Source: Vitrella brassicaformis CCMP3155 (Eukaryota; Protista; Chromerida). From it: a DNA stretch of 64,000 nucleotides. The position numbers were made by a program, and so were the translations under genes. The stretch's first letter is position 1, and every line of letters begins with the position of its first letter. The notes under the pieces are model-generated. The model worked only from the letters and a program-made list of their open reading frames with translations. It searched no databases and was not told the origin of the DNA. The stretch spans positions 1-64,000 of the forward strand of contig CDMY01000343.1 in the NCBI GenBank assembly GCA_001179505.1, given 5' to 3'. This document shows positions 11,536-23,912 of the stretch, piece after piece.

Positions 11536-13024
11536 CGGGTCTCAAGGTGCAGAACTGTCTGATCGACCTGGGGTTGAACGTGCAAGAGCCGGACAAGGAC
11601 AATGTCCTGGCTGAGATCCGAGACTCTCGCGGTGCTACAGTGAGTCGCGTCGCCGAGCTGGAGGAGATCGACTTGGCCTTCTACCAGAAGGTGCGTGAGG
11701 CCACTGATGTCAGCCGGATCTCGCGTGTCCTGTCAGCAGGGAGAAAGTTTGTGTGTATGTGTGTGCAGATCGTTGGACTCGGTGCTGCCTGCGTAGCCAC
11801 GGGCTCCACATGTGACCAACTGATCAACGAATTCCGCCTCTATCTGGTACACACACACCACATTCACGCCTGACATAATCCCAGATTCACACACACGATG
11901 CTTCGCGTGTGCTGCATTGCAGGAGAATTCTGCTGACCGATTGGCTGATGAGTTTGTGGCTCTCAAAGACGACATCGTCGATCGGATCAACACTGTCACG
12001 TCAGCTGTGACCGATCGCATGAACGTCCTCGAGAGGGTCCCCCAGCTCCTTCGCAAGACCCGTGCAGACCTTGAAGCATGTACCAGCGAGACCCAAAGCA
12101 GTGTAGAGCAGTCCTCCATCGCCCAGCTGAACGAGATGGCTGCCAAGATCGAGAGACTGACGACACTCATGGACACCGTCCCTGCAGTTCTGGACGCACT
12201 GCAGGCCGCCAAGGACCTTTACAAGCTGATGAACTATAGGGAGACTATTGCCGAGGCCATTTCAAGCGGCCGGGCGCCCGACCTGCCGTCGATGGTGGAG
12301 GGGCTGAAGGGAGGCACCAAGGTACGTGAGCGTGTGCCACACTCGAGACACAGCTGGGTTTAAATCGGTGCGTGTGGGCTGTGCTTGGTCTGTCCGGTAG
12401 GTGGCTGGGGCGTTTGAGCAAGTCAAGACGCTGTTTACGGACTTCGACGACGTCTTGTTTGACGTGACCCTCCTCGAGTCAATTCCCGAGAATCAGATGC
12501 CAAGCGGCCTGGAGGACTGCATGCGTCGTCGAGGGGAGAACGCCTTCATGGACCTGGACACGGCCTCTCTTGCCGTGCCTGACGTCCGAGAAATGGCAGA
12601 CAAGATAATTGTCACGAATTTGGAAGTGCGAGGTGGCGTGGCCAGCTACTCCAGGTGTGCACGGCTCACACACATACACACTCTTACGACATGACGTGCC
12701 TGTTTGTGGCCAATGTGCTGTGTCGCGTACATAGGTTCATCGATATCAGTGTGCCGATGCCGTGCTCGCGGATGGAGGACAAGTGCTTCGAGGTCAAGGA
12801 GATCGGCTTCAAGCAATGTGGTAGGTGACCTAGCATAGGCCAACAAACGCTGCATGCACCAGCAGTCAGCATATGCATTTGTACGTGTGGCTTCCTTTCC
12901 TTCTCTGCAACAATCAGTGGACTGGCCTGAGTTCTATGAGTGCACGTATGAGAAGGAGGTGCCATTGCCGAACCACCACATCCCCTGGGTCGGCTTCTAC
13001 CTCTATACGAGGAACCCGCATTAG
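10462..13024 (+). CDS. Secreted protein: signal peptide, 11-mer repeat, helical core, Cys-containing C-terminal domain ending PNHHIPWV
   Basis: Starts MALKSLVLALALLASAYGQ (signal-peptide-like). About 10 exons with canonical sites. Last coding exon reads VDWPEFYECTYEKEVPLPNHHIPWVGFYLYTRNPH* (TAG at 13022-13024). Confidence 0.8.
10939..11103 (+). repeat. Coding 33-bp tandem repeat x5 encoding DAAEGAAQGVQ
   Basis: Unit GATGCTGCTGAAGGAGCCGCTCAGGGGGTCCAG repeated five times; units 1 and 5 are diverged. Confidence 0.95.
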
Positions 13025-15016
13025 CGGGCTTGCAAGCGACCAGGCAGGTGAGTATACAATGCGGACACAGTGCACATGTCCATCGATGATGCGTGCTGAT
13101 ATCTGCTGTCATTTTCTTTCGTGTGCACGCACTGACAGGTTCTGCCAGCAGCTGATGGTGGTGGCTGACTGCTTCGTTCACCTTTGTGCTCTCCCGCTGT
13201 TTCTGCATTCATGCTGCGTGTAGGGGGAAAAAGTACCGCCACGGATCCTTCGATGGATGGTGTTGTGTGCGACGGATTGCTTGTTTCGTGTGTGTGTATG
13301 AAGAAAGCGATCTTTCCTTACATAGAAAGCGTATGTGTGTAGGTTATGTATGTAGGTTATTTATGTATGTATGTATGTATGTGTGTGTGTCGTCTGATCG
13401 ATGGCTGCATCCATTATTGTGTTGACGAAAGACACAGCTGCTCCAGACAGGCAGGCAGGCAGGCAAGCAGGCATCGTTTTGCGATCAGCAAAAGAGGCAG
13501 GCCTCGTGTGCGTAAGTGCTCGCCTCTGTGCCTCGCAGCAATGGGCTGGCTCTCGCTATGAGGACAGGCAGTGGTTAGTTGCGCATGTAGGTACGTAGAC
13601 AGACACATGGATGAAGGGAATGTGCGTGCATACAGCTTTTTTGCTGTGACTTGAGTGTATGTTGCTATGTACGTTTGGTTTTCCGAGTATTGGTCTGTCT
13701 GTCTGTCTGTCCGTCTGCGAGTTCATCATTGTTGACATGCACAGACACGAAAGCACGCAGCCAGGCAGGAAGGGCGTCTGTGTGGGGTCGGCTAGATGTG
13801 TGGTTTCCTGTCTATATGTGTTTTCTGCCTTTCTCCCTGGCCATCTCTTGGGTAGATGGGCATGCGTGAAGGACAGACCAACACAGCTGTCTGTGTTGAA
13901 TCGAATGCAAGAGAAAGATAGGATGCATATGCCGTCAGAGAGACACACGAACCAAAGCAACGACCAGACGGTATTTATTGTTTCGGTCTTTGTGTACGGA
14001 CGGATGCATGGCGGACTGTTTGTCATACCTGCTGTCAAGACAGATGTAGGATGGCTTTTATATATGCGTGTGTCTGAGTGTGTGCGTCCTCCCATCCGTG
14101 CCTCCGTGCCACCTGTTGTCTGGCTGTTTTGACTGTCCTCTTCGGCGTGCATGAATGGCTGTGCGCAAGTGCGTGTTGTGGGTTTTGTTTACTTGGCTCC
14201 CATTTCTGTGAGTGTTTCATCACCGAATGCATGCCTGCGAGTTTGACCACAGAGGAGGCCACACCGAAAGACAGGTTTTTATATGCATGAATGCACGATG
14301 CGAAGCGAGTCAGGTTTGAGTGTGTGCCGTGAGAGAGGCAGGCAGGAAAGAGGCTTTCGTCAGCCATCCTCGCTGTGTGTGTGTGTGTGTGTGTGGATTG
14401 CTGTCCACGTGTGTCGTCTGCCTTTTTTGTCAGGTGCCAGTGTGTGGTTCGGCGATCGCGTGGGCACCAGCTGTCGACGTTTTATAAGATAGCGCCGTGT
14501 CTGAGTACATTCTTTTATGCCTCCATCCCATGGATACTCGCACGTGTGTCTGCCAGGAACCGTCTGAGAGGTCTGCGACTGCCCACTCGTGCGTATGTGC
14601 CTGTGCGTGTAATGCGTGCTGCACTCTGTCAGTCAGAGAGGAACCAGTCGTGTCGGTCGCATGCGTGAGTCAAGGATGCGGGCAGACGGGCAGTCAGGTA
14701 GCGAGTCAGCTCTGGGTGTGCGTGTGCAGAGAGACGGGCAGGCCGGCAGGCAGAAGGCTGTCTGTTGGCTGGCTGTGGATTCATCAACCATCCTGCCTGT
14801 CTGTGGCTCTTTGGGCATCGCTTGATTCGGCAATCGACGCAAATGAACGACTCATGACTACAAACGATAGGTTTTGACTGACCCTCTGAGCCTTCAAGTC
14901 AATGTCCATCGATGGATATTCGGACACGTGCAATGACTACGTTAACAAGAGACCAGGTGTCTGCCAGTGGTCCGCTATCGTATCGTACAGTTATCGATAA
15001 AACCACCCCAAGCCAG

Positions 15017-16345
15017 TCAGTCGTCCCACACAGATCGGAGCTTGTTCCTCTTCGCCGGTGGGGGATCATCGAGAGCCCTAGACTCCCCACGCAGATCGAC
15101 AGACGGCGGGCTCTCTCCCTTCCCCGCCCCACCCCCACGCCCCTTTGCAGCACGCATTGGCTCGGCCCTCCCCTGTCTGTTATCATCATCTTGCGGGTCG
15201 TCATCCACCACTTGCACGCCCTGCTCTCGTATGTATTTGATGATCTCTGCCTTCATCTTGGCCGGGATGCGCGGCAGAGGCCGGTCGGGGTCATCTGCAT
15301 CGGCTGTGGCCGACTGAGCCGGCCTGGACAGCTGCTGCTGGTCATAGATCTCCTTCGGTGTGGAGCCGTAGCAGTCCTCAATACGCCCACTCAGCACACC
15401 TGCAGTGCAGACACAGGCAGACACACCATGGTCGCTCCGCCATAAAAGGATGCTGGTATGTTTCCGCCTTCATGCTTACCGTCGTTCCACACGGCCAGGA
15501 CGTATTGTGAGGAGGGGTCATAGGACAGCATCATGTCCTCGACGCGATTGAGGTGACCCGGCAGTATCTTGTCCTTGGCGTCGAACCCAAAGACCGAGGC
15601 GAGTGTGGCGTGCCACAGCCTGTCGGTTCTCAGCCCTTCTAGCGATAGATAGCAATAGTCCATCTCTTCCCAGTCGCCTGCCAAGCCGCGGGGCGACTCA
15701 CTGCACACACACAGGGAGGCACACACGGAAGGAACACAAAATTCAGTTGGCGGCCTCCATCCCTCCCTCCCTGCCTGTGGATGCTTTGGGGTGTGTGTGC
15801 ATGGTTGGACGCTTACTGGCTCTCTCTGGTCAGCCCGGCTGTGAAGAAAGCGCCCCTGCCATCGTTGACGAACGAGTAGTAGGCATTGCCGAGACCATCG
15901 TTCCGCTCAAACACCTGGCGGAAGCGCCGCCTCACTGCACAACGGCACACAGCCACGCAGACCAGCAGGCAGAGCCAAACACATCCATTGTATCCCCTTT
16001 TTCTGCAATGTTTGTCTGTATCAGCGGTGAATGCATTCACCTGTAGATCCCTCGAGGCTCTCCTGCACCCCGGCTGGCTCCCAATCATTCTCAAACGCAT
16101 CATTGACAGCTTGCTGCAGATCCGCCTCGATGCTCAACTCACGCGCAGATTTCCGCCTGCATGGGCAGCGCACCACACATCATGACGGTGCGCGCATCCA
16201 CATCGGCACCTAACCTTTCGAGTTTCGCGGCGTTCGCCACCAGATCTTCATCGTCCATCGGAATGGCCACCTTCTCGGCACGTCGGGCATCTTGATAAGG
16301 CACCTTGTCCCACTCCACATCTGCATCGCCACCATTGGCGGCCAT
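15017..16345 (-). CDS. Hypothetical protein, about 5 exons
   Basis: MAANGGDADVEWDKVPY...|...RRRFRQVFERNDGLGNAYYSF...|ESPRGLAGDWEEMDYCYLSLEG...VLAVWND|GVLSGRIEDCYG...RSVWDD*. Natural composition and GT-AG boundaries; no family recognised. Confidence 0.7.
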
Positions 16346-16770
16346 CGATGCACGGGTCAAGAAGGTCACATCGACAGGCCGCCTGAGGGCAGTTGACGAC
16401 GGGACGGAGAGGAAAGATAGGTGGACGTGTCCGCGGACACACGCAGGCAGAGTAAAGATGAATGAGGCCATCAGGCGAGGGAACGCCGGTGCCGAGCACC
16501 GCATCTTCAGCTGATCTCTCTTCATCGTGGTTTGCATCTTCTACTATCACTCCTGCACGCAAAGCCGATGCCTTCCACGGACGAGGAACGGTTTCACTGG
16601 CGGGGAGGTCTGCGAGCTAAGATCGCTGCTTGTGAGGTTCGTTCGTTCGTTCGTTCGTTAACGGACACCGAGGTCCCGGCCCCTGAGGGCAGATGCTCTG
16701 TCCATAAAAGCGCTTGTGAGAGATCTGGTGCTCTTGCGGCCACTGCTAAGGTGGGAGCAGGTGGGCAGCC

Positions 16771-17281
16771 ATGATTGCCTTTTTGAGAGAAGTCCGCTAC
16801 TCGTACTACACGGTGAGATCTGCACACACATGGATGGACAACAGAGGCGATGGATGAATGCATTTCGTTGCTGATCTGCCTGCTGCAGCACGGTGTCATA
16901 GCTGCCGCCTTCGGCGGCTTCGCCTTCTTGGCACCCTCGCTCTTCGTGGCCCTCGGCAAAGCCAACGCGCCCGCAGACAGTCACGAGCACCACCAAATGA
17001 CCGAGTTGTCCATGCTATATGGCGCTTTGCTGATGACCCAGTCGGTGCTATTTTTCACCTTCGCGAAGAACAGCGAGTCGCTGATATCTCTCGGTATCAA
17101 GCGGCGGATCAGCGGTGCTTACTGTGTGTTTTGTCTGCTGTCGCTGGGGGTGTGTTTGAGGGCGCTGTTTGTGACCAAGAGCAGCGAGGATGTGAGCGGG
17201 GCGAGCGCCTTTGCGCTGCTGGCCTTGATGCATGGCTATCATGCTCTCACAGAGGGAGGCGGGGCGGCCAAGAAGACGTGA
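16771..17281 (+). CDS. Small multi-pass membrane protein (about 4 TM), 2 exons
   Basis: Exon 1 MIAFLREVRYSYYT (16771-16812), phase-0 intron 16813-16888, exon 2 HGVIAAAFGGFAFLAPSLF...GGGAAKKT* with four hydrophobic segments. Confidence 0.8.
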
Positions 17282-17805
17282 ACTGAGGGAGGGAGGGAGG
17301 CAGGCAGGCAGCTTGTGGTGTGCCCAGTTTACGATATAGGTCAGTCAGTTCATGTGTGAGCCGTCGTCAGCAGGCGATGGACAGCTCGCTAGTCTCTCTG
17401 TCCTGGTCTCTCTCTCTCTCCCTCTGTGTGTGCGTATGTGTCTGTGTCATGACCTCAGCTGTACACTCGGCGTTTCATGGCCATCAATACATTGATGGGA
17501 CACAATTCATCGTCGCGCTCAAGTTGATGTGGTATACACTGCAGTGTTCCGTGTGTGTCGTGTTCTTTACAGCTATCCACACGTGTGTGCCTCCCACCTA
17601 CCCATCACGCCTGTACACACATCACAGCATGGACGCAGGCAGCCATGCATGTACCCTAGACCGCCAAAAAGCAACAAACCACACACACACACACACACAC
17701 ACATACTAGTCAAGGCATCAAGGGACACACATATACACACGCATACACCCGGCCCCCATTCATTCATTCACAGTCGGTCAGGCTGCTATCTGTGTCTGTC
17801 TATGT

Positions 17806-19494
17806 TTATTCCTCGGGCTCAGACAGGTCGTCGCTCACGTTGGTGGCGACCTCGTCTGTGTCAGGTAGGCCCGCCACATGCTCAGGGAAGTTATGAGGAG
17901 CGGCAGCGGCGGCAAGAGAGTGGATATCGAGGATCATACGAGACTGCATAGTCCATCCACCAAACGCACAGAGACACAGATGGAAAAAGCGCATGTATGT
18001 CAATGTTCTGGCCGACCAGTAGTGCCAACTCGGGCATGCCGTGGGTCAGTAGTTGCTGCAGCGCGGCCACGCCGCCAGCCTGCGGCATGAGACGCATAAA
18101 TCACCGCAGAACTTCCTCTCTCTTGATCTGTTTTTGTTGTAGAGCTGCCGACCTGCTCGACCAGCGCGCAGTAGGGGTTCTCGGGGAGACCCTCGATGAT
18201 CTGCTTGTTCACGCCAACACTGATATATGTATATGGCACACACAGGAAGATTGAGTACTCAATCGATGACACGTCCTGCCGCTTCTTTCTCTGACCCCAA
18301 CACGGCACCGACACTCATCAGCGCTATACGGGCAGCCTGTAGGTGGTAGCTTGCCAGCATGCTGCACAGGGGACCTACACACCCACACTCAACCCCGTAC
18401 TCGGCCTTCAAATGACAATACAATATACACTCGAGGAATTCTGCATGCCATGCCGCCTTTCCTCGGCTCTGCTCACCTGGGCCTGCCTCCCGTTCGCCGC
18501 TATCTCGTGGAAGGCGAACGCCATTTCCGCCCTCGTCTCGTCATCTGCGTCACCTGCGGCCAGCCTCTGGACCAGCACAGGCACCACGCCGCCCTCGATG
18601 ACCGCCTGAATGCCACCATAAGCGCCTGCAGTCCAGCCATCCATCCTCACACAAAGAAAGAAAGGCGGCAGGCTGCAACCCTTACGTACCTTCAGCTACG
18701 ATTGCGTTGACTGTGGTGCTCGCTTCTATCGCCACCAGCGGATCATCCGACAACAGCAGCAAGCACATGTCGGCCATGTGCTCGGAAACCATCGCTAATG
18801 AAACATGAATGGAACCTGAATGCATGCACACACATACAGCGGACTACTCGTGATTCTGAGCCTGCATGGTCGTACCTTGGATCAAACATCGGGCAATCCT
18901 GATTGCCGACACCCCCACCATCCGGTTCTCGTGGGTCATGAGGCTCAAGGTGCGACGGTAGACGCCAGACACCACCTGAACGATAGCTTCACGTGAGAAC
19001 TGCGTCAGGATGCTGAGGGCCAGGAGCGCCGGACACAGGACCGACACCGGCTGGTCAGCGGTGTTGATGAGCGCCACGAGCACATGCGCGATCGGCAATG
19101 CCTGTTGCAGAGGTTGGGGGGTGCGTACAATGAGCATCAGCAGGCTGGTGCCATTCTCCAGAAGCTGGGCCCGGCTGTTGGGATTGTCGCACAACCAACG
19201 CAGTATATCCAGCAGCGGCTCGATGGCGCCAGCGTGCCGAATGGCTCTGCAGGCTGCTTCAGACGAGTGGGCGATGTAGAGGAGGAAAGTGATGACGCGG
19301 TCGGTAACCATACCGGTGGGGCCGTGGGTGAGCAGCCCCACGAGGATGGGGATGGCGTTGGCGGCCAGCATCTCACCTACCACAGCAGCAGGGTCCTTGT
19401 CCAGCCGAATGTGGAGTTCGCACGCAGCAGTGCGGCTTGTCACAAGGTTCCAGCTCTGCATGCACCCCAGCAGTCTGGCGACAGACAGGCTCAT
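17806..19494 (-). CDS. Importin-alpha-like armadillo-repeat protein lacking the IBB domain
   Basis: ARM-like segments AIPILVGLL, GAIEPLLDIL, GVVPVLVQRL and EMAFAFHEIA. The C-terminal exons AEYGVECGCVGPLCSML...IALMSVGAVLG|VG...ENPYCALVEQ|AGGVAALQQLLTH follow the importin-alpha ARM9-10 pattern. Start assumed at MSLSVARLL. Confidence 0.75.
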
Positions 19495-20007
19495 GAAGGT
19501 CCTTTGGTATGGGGGGATGGCGAGGCGGCCGCCAACGCAGATGAGGAAGAGGGAGCCGAAAATACTGCGGATGAGGAAGGATTCGAAGCCCCAGCGGAAC
19601 CATGCCCCCTGCAGAAGGAAGGCTGAAGAGAAGCCCCACAGCCCCATGGCTGGAAAAGAAGCGGTGGAAAAGCGGTGGTCCATAAATTTACGAATGGCTG
19701 AAGTCTCTCATTCTTGTCGACCTGCGTGTTTGTGTGGTATCGACTCGTTCGCCGCTTCGCAATGCAGCAGTCTCTTGTGTGCACACAAGAGTCTTGTGAA
19801 AGTCTCTTGTGTGTGCACACAGGGGGCTGCGACAGCACCAAAGCCGTCAAGGAATCGATACATACAGACACACATGCACGAACTCACACAAGAAAAGCCC
19901 TCCCACTGCCACGCTATCCACATGACACTGCTACTGCTGCTGCCATTGCTGCCTGCCAATGGCTGATGCCATTATGCTCACTTCGCACGCAATCCCCCTT
20001 CCGGTCC

Positions 20008-20109
20008 TCACTGATCGAACCGCCACTCGGTCCACTGGAAGAAACCGCACGGCTTCTTCTCACCAATGGGCGAGCAGCTGTAGAAGTAACGACCACGATT
20101 CTTCCCCTA

Positions 20110-20147
<38 letters not shown>

Positions 20148-21593
20148 ACACAAAGACACGCATACACACTCCATCGGTGGGTCGGTCTGTCTGTCTGTGT
20201 GTGTGTTTCGGCACCTGGTGTGTGGCCTTCATGATGCTCTTGTTGCCGCAGTGGCACAGTGGCGCCTGCTGGAAGCACTCGTGTCGGTGCGATCGGAAGG
20301 TAAGTGAGATGCGCTGCGACCGGGAGGTCGGGTGAGGAGCCAGACTCTGCATCCGCGGCACCTCGTGCGTCCTGCAGCACACAAGACGCAGCCAGCCAGC
20401 CAGCCAGCCAGGGAGGCAGAAAGACGGGTGACACACACTTGGCATGGAGATGTGTTGAGTGTCGTGTTCATGTGCTGCGTGTGTGCCGACTTACCAGTCC
20501 TCTTGTGCCGGAGGCCACATGAACAGCACTGAAGGAGCCAGCACACACACACACACACAAATGCCGTGTTGTTTGTGTTCCCCCTGGCTCCCCGCGTACC
20601 ATCCCCATGTTTGAGCATCATCGTGACGGTTGTCTTTGGTTCAGTCCGCGACACCAGCCGAAACCGCCTCGTCGCGCCGAAACTAAGGCTCACAATCAGC
20701 GGCCGGGGGCCGAGTGACGTGAGGTGGTCGCTGTGAGCACCCACACAGTCCTGGCCATCTCGGTACAGGTTGCACAGCACGTATGACGCATGCCATTCCT
20801 TCTGCCCGTCGGGCGTCCTGTCCACAGGCAGCCGGCCGTACAGATGTGGGTGGGTGGATCGGTGGCCATGCACGAGATCCTCGATCTTCTGCCTCAGTGG
20901 CTGCAGATCGGCCAGCGGCGGCAGTGCGTTGCGAAGACCCTCGATGTCCGTCGGCGCATGTTCTTGAGTATGAGGTGCGTCCTCTGCTGCCGCCGACGAG
21001 TGTGAGTCCTGGTTGAGGAGGTAGTAGGCGCTAAGCCGCGGGGTTGTGTGTTTCTTCTTGAACACCCACCAGCTCGACTGCTGCCATCGCGTCGACTCGC
21101 CCATCAGCACACGCAGGAGGCTGTCGCACTCCTGCTTGCTGAAAACATTCTGCATAAGGGTTGCGGGCGCCACTGACGGCAGCTCTGACGCGCGAATGGT
21201 GCGCTTCGTGGCCGCTGCCGCCGCCTTTCTTTCTTTGCTGCCGTCCTGTGGGCTGACGGTCACGGTGATGTCAGCCGAGCTGCTGCTGCCGGCCGCTCTC
21301 AGTCGACTCATGAGCGACACCGAACCAGCCGCAGGCCGCTCCCTGTTGACGGCCGCCGCCGCCGCAGCAGCAGCGGGCCTGTCGCCGGTGTCATCATCGC
21401 TGCTTGGCTGGTCCGTCAGGTCCACCAGATCTCCCTGTGCGATGGATGAGTCAGCTTCTACAGCGGCAGGCTGCTGCGGCTGAGGACGAACAGACTTGCG
21501 TGCCTCATCACCTTCATTATCAGCATCGGCGGGAGGGCGTTTGCGTTTCAGCAGGAGCCTGCCATCGGCCGCAAACGACAAGGTGCTCTGCAT
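20008..21593 (-). CDS. AlkB-family 2OG-Fe(II) dioxygenase (ALKBH2/3-like) fused to a C-terminal GRF zinc finger
   Basis: PRLSAYY, NLYRDGQDCVGAHSD (HxD), SLSFGATRRF, W|THEVP (H) and RISLTFR. These are followed by PLCHCG...HQ|GKNRGRYFYSCS...CGFFQW. An additional upstream exon is probable. Confidence 0.9.
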
Positions 21594-21657
21594 CTAGGGG
21601 AGGAGGTAAGCGAAAAGAGACCTGCAGCATGTCACACACGGAGAGGGACGAGAATCA

Positions 21658-23453
21658 ATGGTGCTTTCCTCTTTCTTAGAGGTGAGAGTTGCTCACCTCT
21701 TCCTCTTGCTGTGTGCAAAACTTCCGATCGCTGTTGTAGCTCGCAGGTGCGCGAGGCAGATCTGGCTCTCCAGGCAGGCGGTGCCAAAGAGCCGCCTTCC
21801 TTAAGCAGATCCGTTGCTTGCCTTCCCTTTGAGTGCTGCCGGCAAAACTACACTTCAACCATCGCGCCAGATGGCGTCCTTCAAACAGGTAAGATCACGT
21901 GCAGCACGCCACGCAAAGCAGCCATCGGTGCAGTCAGTGCTGTTGTCTTTATCTACTTGGTGTGGCAGATCAAGTTCTTTGTTGAGTCCAAGGGCGTCCG
22001 CGGGCTGCTCGAGAAGGATGAGTTCCTGCGGTCCTATCGGCAGCTGCTGGACGGTGGCCGTACGGTCCACTCATACGACAGGAAGTTCGGCGAGCTGAAT
22101 GCACTCGTGAGGACCAACTCGGCAAGCCCCAAGGTGGCTGTCTGTGTGCTCCATGGATTCGGCGCCAACATGGTGAGTCACACACAAACAAGGGTGGCTC
22201 TGCATTGATCTGTCTGTCTGTCTGCCTGTCTATTGCTGTGTGCGTGTGTGTATGCGTGCAGGAGAACCTCTCGCCCTTCTCAGGTCTGCAAAATAAATGG
22301 ATGGCGACGTGGTGGCCGGGAGTGCTGCTGCACTGATCTGTGCGTTGTCATTTGTTAGATCAGACGTGTGCGAGAGGGTGATTGGCGCGTCGGCTGAATG
22401 GGTGAGTCGCACTATCACACACACACGCACACACAGGGTCCAATCGTGTGTGGTGTCCACACACAACACAGGTGTGCATCATCCCCAATGGTGGGCTTGA
22501 TCTGGGTGGCGGCAGCAGGGCCTGGTGGATGATCGACCTACAGCGGCTGCAGGCCAAGATCATGAACCTCCAGTTCTCAGAGATCACAAAAGACGTCCCG
22601 GCCGGTGAGCCAACAAACAGATGGGTGAAAGAGTTACCTTTTTGTATCGGCCGGTCTCTGTGTGTGTGTGTGTGTGTGTATCTGGTTATAGGGCTTGACG
22701 TTGCCAGGAGTCGGGTGCTTGATCTGATGCAGGAGGCGTCAACGGCCTACTCGCTGCCGCCCGATGCATGGTCCGTGTGTGGATTCTCACAGGGTACGTC
22801 ACCCAGACAGACCGACTGAACACACACACACAAATGTGTATGCGACCAGCAGGTGGCATGCTTACTGGTGACCTGCTCGTCCACATGGAGCCGCCGCCAA
22901 ATGTAGCCGGTAGCTACAAACACACTCACAGCACATGTGGGTTTCATGCTGCCGTCTGGTCATGGTGCAGGTCTGTTCTCCGCGGCCCTCATCTGCGAGG
23001 ATCTGTGGACAGAGCAGATCAGCAAGAAGCCGCTCGAGGCGCGGGAGAGGCTCAAGAAGTGTGCCATCGTGCAGTCACACGGGACCACAGACATGGTAGG
23101 TATGGTCGCCACACGTATGCCGGCACACACAAGTGTCGTGTCTAGGATGTGTATTCATGTATCTGTATGTCTTCGTGTGTGTGTGTGTGTGTGTGTGTAG
23201 GTGGTGCCGGTTATCGCAGGTCATTGGATGAGAGACTACTGGCAGAAACAGGGGCTGAAAGTCGGTACGTGAGAGGGAGGCAGGAAAAGGGAGACACTCT
23301 GACACACGCACCCCGTCGATGCCTCATCTCTCGATGCTCGTGTGTGTTTGAGCAGACTTCGACCAGTTCAACGGTCCACATGCAGTGGGTCCAGGGGCGG
23401 TGGACAAGTTCTTTGCCAAGGTGCTCGAGGCAGACAGGGCAAAGACACGATGA
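21658..23453 (+). CDS. Phospholipase/carboxylesterase (alpha/beta hydrolase, acyl-protein thioesterase-like) with N-terminal TM segment
   Basis: VLHGFGAN, RAWWMID, GFSQ|GG nucleophile elbow, QSHGTTDM|VVP (Asp) and FNGPHAV (His). Hydrophobic AIGAVSAVVFIYLVW near the N-terminus. Stop TGA at 23451-23453. Confidence 0.88.
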
Positions 23454-23912
23454 GCAGACGGGTTAATGATCGACAGAATTGGCGGCAGCGGAGGGCTGCC
23501 TGGGCCTGGTGGCCGTGTGTATACGGACGGAGAGGGCGCGTTTTGCCTGTGGGTGGCCTTTCCTGTGTTTGTGTGGCTCTCTATCGCTCATGACTTGACT
23601 AACTGAATTGACTGCGTGTGACCACACGACCGTCTTATGTGTGAGATGCATGGTTTCATCGATACTTGACCGCATGACATATGGATGATCGAACAGTGAT
23701 CGTCTGTGGACACACGCAGCAACATAAACGCCGTGAGAGTGGGGGACTGACTTACTTTTCGAGACAAGGCCTGGCCTTCTGTAAAAATGAAGGCCAGGCC
23801 TTGTCTCTCACACACGCATCGACAGACCTGTGTTCGCTTGTGTTGCCATCGCTATGATTCGCACTGTGGGCTGAGACGCCCGCCGTCTCGATCCGATGAC
23901 TTGAACGGTGGA

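Noticed and set aside
13200-14880. Possible gene in the 1.7-kb gap between the secreted protein and the next gene
   Set aside because: Only microsatellite-rich, non-protein-like ORFs, with no coherent exon chain on either strand.
18249-18264. Perfect 16-bp palindrome GATTGAGTACTCAATC containing an apparent in-frame stop of the ARM gene
   Set aside because: It lies inside a phase-2 intron (GG|GTCAGA...TATCAG|T), so the gene is not interrupted. A single palindrome of this length is weak evidence of function.
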